From the NCBI GenBank assembly GCA_030248215.1, contig JASANG010000932.1:310001-374000 (forward strand): a stretch of DNA of 64,000 nucleotides, written 5' to 3'. Below are positions 63,501 through 64,000 of the stretch, piece after piece. A program made the translations under genes and the position numbers. The notes below the pieces were generated by a model. That model saw only the letters and a program-made list of their open reading frames with translations, was not told the origin of the DNA and searched no databases. How positions within the stretch are numbered: position 1 is the stretch's first letter; the number at the start of each line of letters is the position of its first letter. This DNA is from Enoplolaimus lenunculus. Its lineage: Eukaryota.

Positions 63501-64000
63501 ACATTTATGTAGTGTGTAGTTTTAGAACAGTTTGGTGCTTCACTATGAAAACCGCTTAGTTCGGGCGGCTTGGTGGGCGCAGACAGAATTCTACGTTCGA
63601 CAAGTTTTGTTGATCTCCGGCTATGCATGTTTCACCTCTGGTTGCGCCCTGGTGAATATCCAAGCTTAATGAATTTTCAACTTTTCCTGTTTCTCGAAGC
63701 GAACCACACATTCCAATTTTCCATATACTAACCAACAAAACGGTCGCTTCTTTACCATTTAGCTTTTCCTAGTTTCAGAACCTCGCCTAATGCTCTAACT
63801 TTCCCTGCCGAATTAATCTAAATGTAAAACTAAACGCTCCGAAAATATAACAAATAAGTTTATTCAGCAACAATGTGGTAAACACACAACAGTCAAATTA
63901 ATTTTACAAAGTTCGAATTAACAAAATTCAATAATAATTAGCCAGTATACCACTAAATATTTAGAATACGTTTGTTCAGCGCAATATTCATATGTAAAAA

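Overview
AT-rich, intron- and repeat-rich eukaryotic DNA. The interspersed TTAGGC repeats and GT-AG introns suggest a nematode (inference); no prokaryotic features or CRISPR arrays are present. Reading exons by hand gives four protein-coding genes: (1) a minus-strand DEG/ENaC channel with 10 phase-consistent exons (1912-12272, both ends missing), whose extracellular loop carries an RVRR site, a ~220-residue poly-Thr mucin-like exon and a 4-Cys EGF-like exon; (2) a 518-aa Q/P/G-rich protein with repeated WPP motifs; (3) ISCA1; (4) an NDRG/ZK1073.1-like gene with 12 exons and a PPSY tail. There is also a tRNA-Pro(TGG). The rest is mostly non-autonomous DNA transposons classified by termini and target-site duplications (TSDs): GGCC-ended 8-bp-TSD elements carrying telomere repeats, TTAA-flanked piggyBac-like elements carrying a tRNA-like Pol III cassette, and CACTG-ended, hAT-, Harbinger- and Helentron-like elements. 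Several have grown internal satellites. A forward/inverted/forward triplication at ~14.8-27.3 kb has garbled junctions and is probably a long-read foldback assembly artefact. All calls were made by eye; no searches were run.
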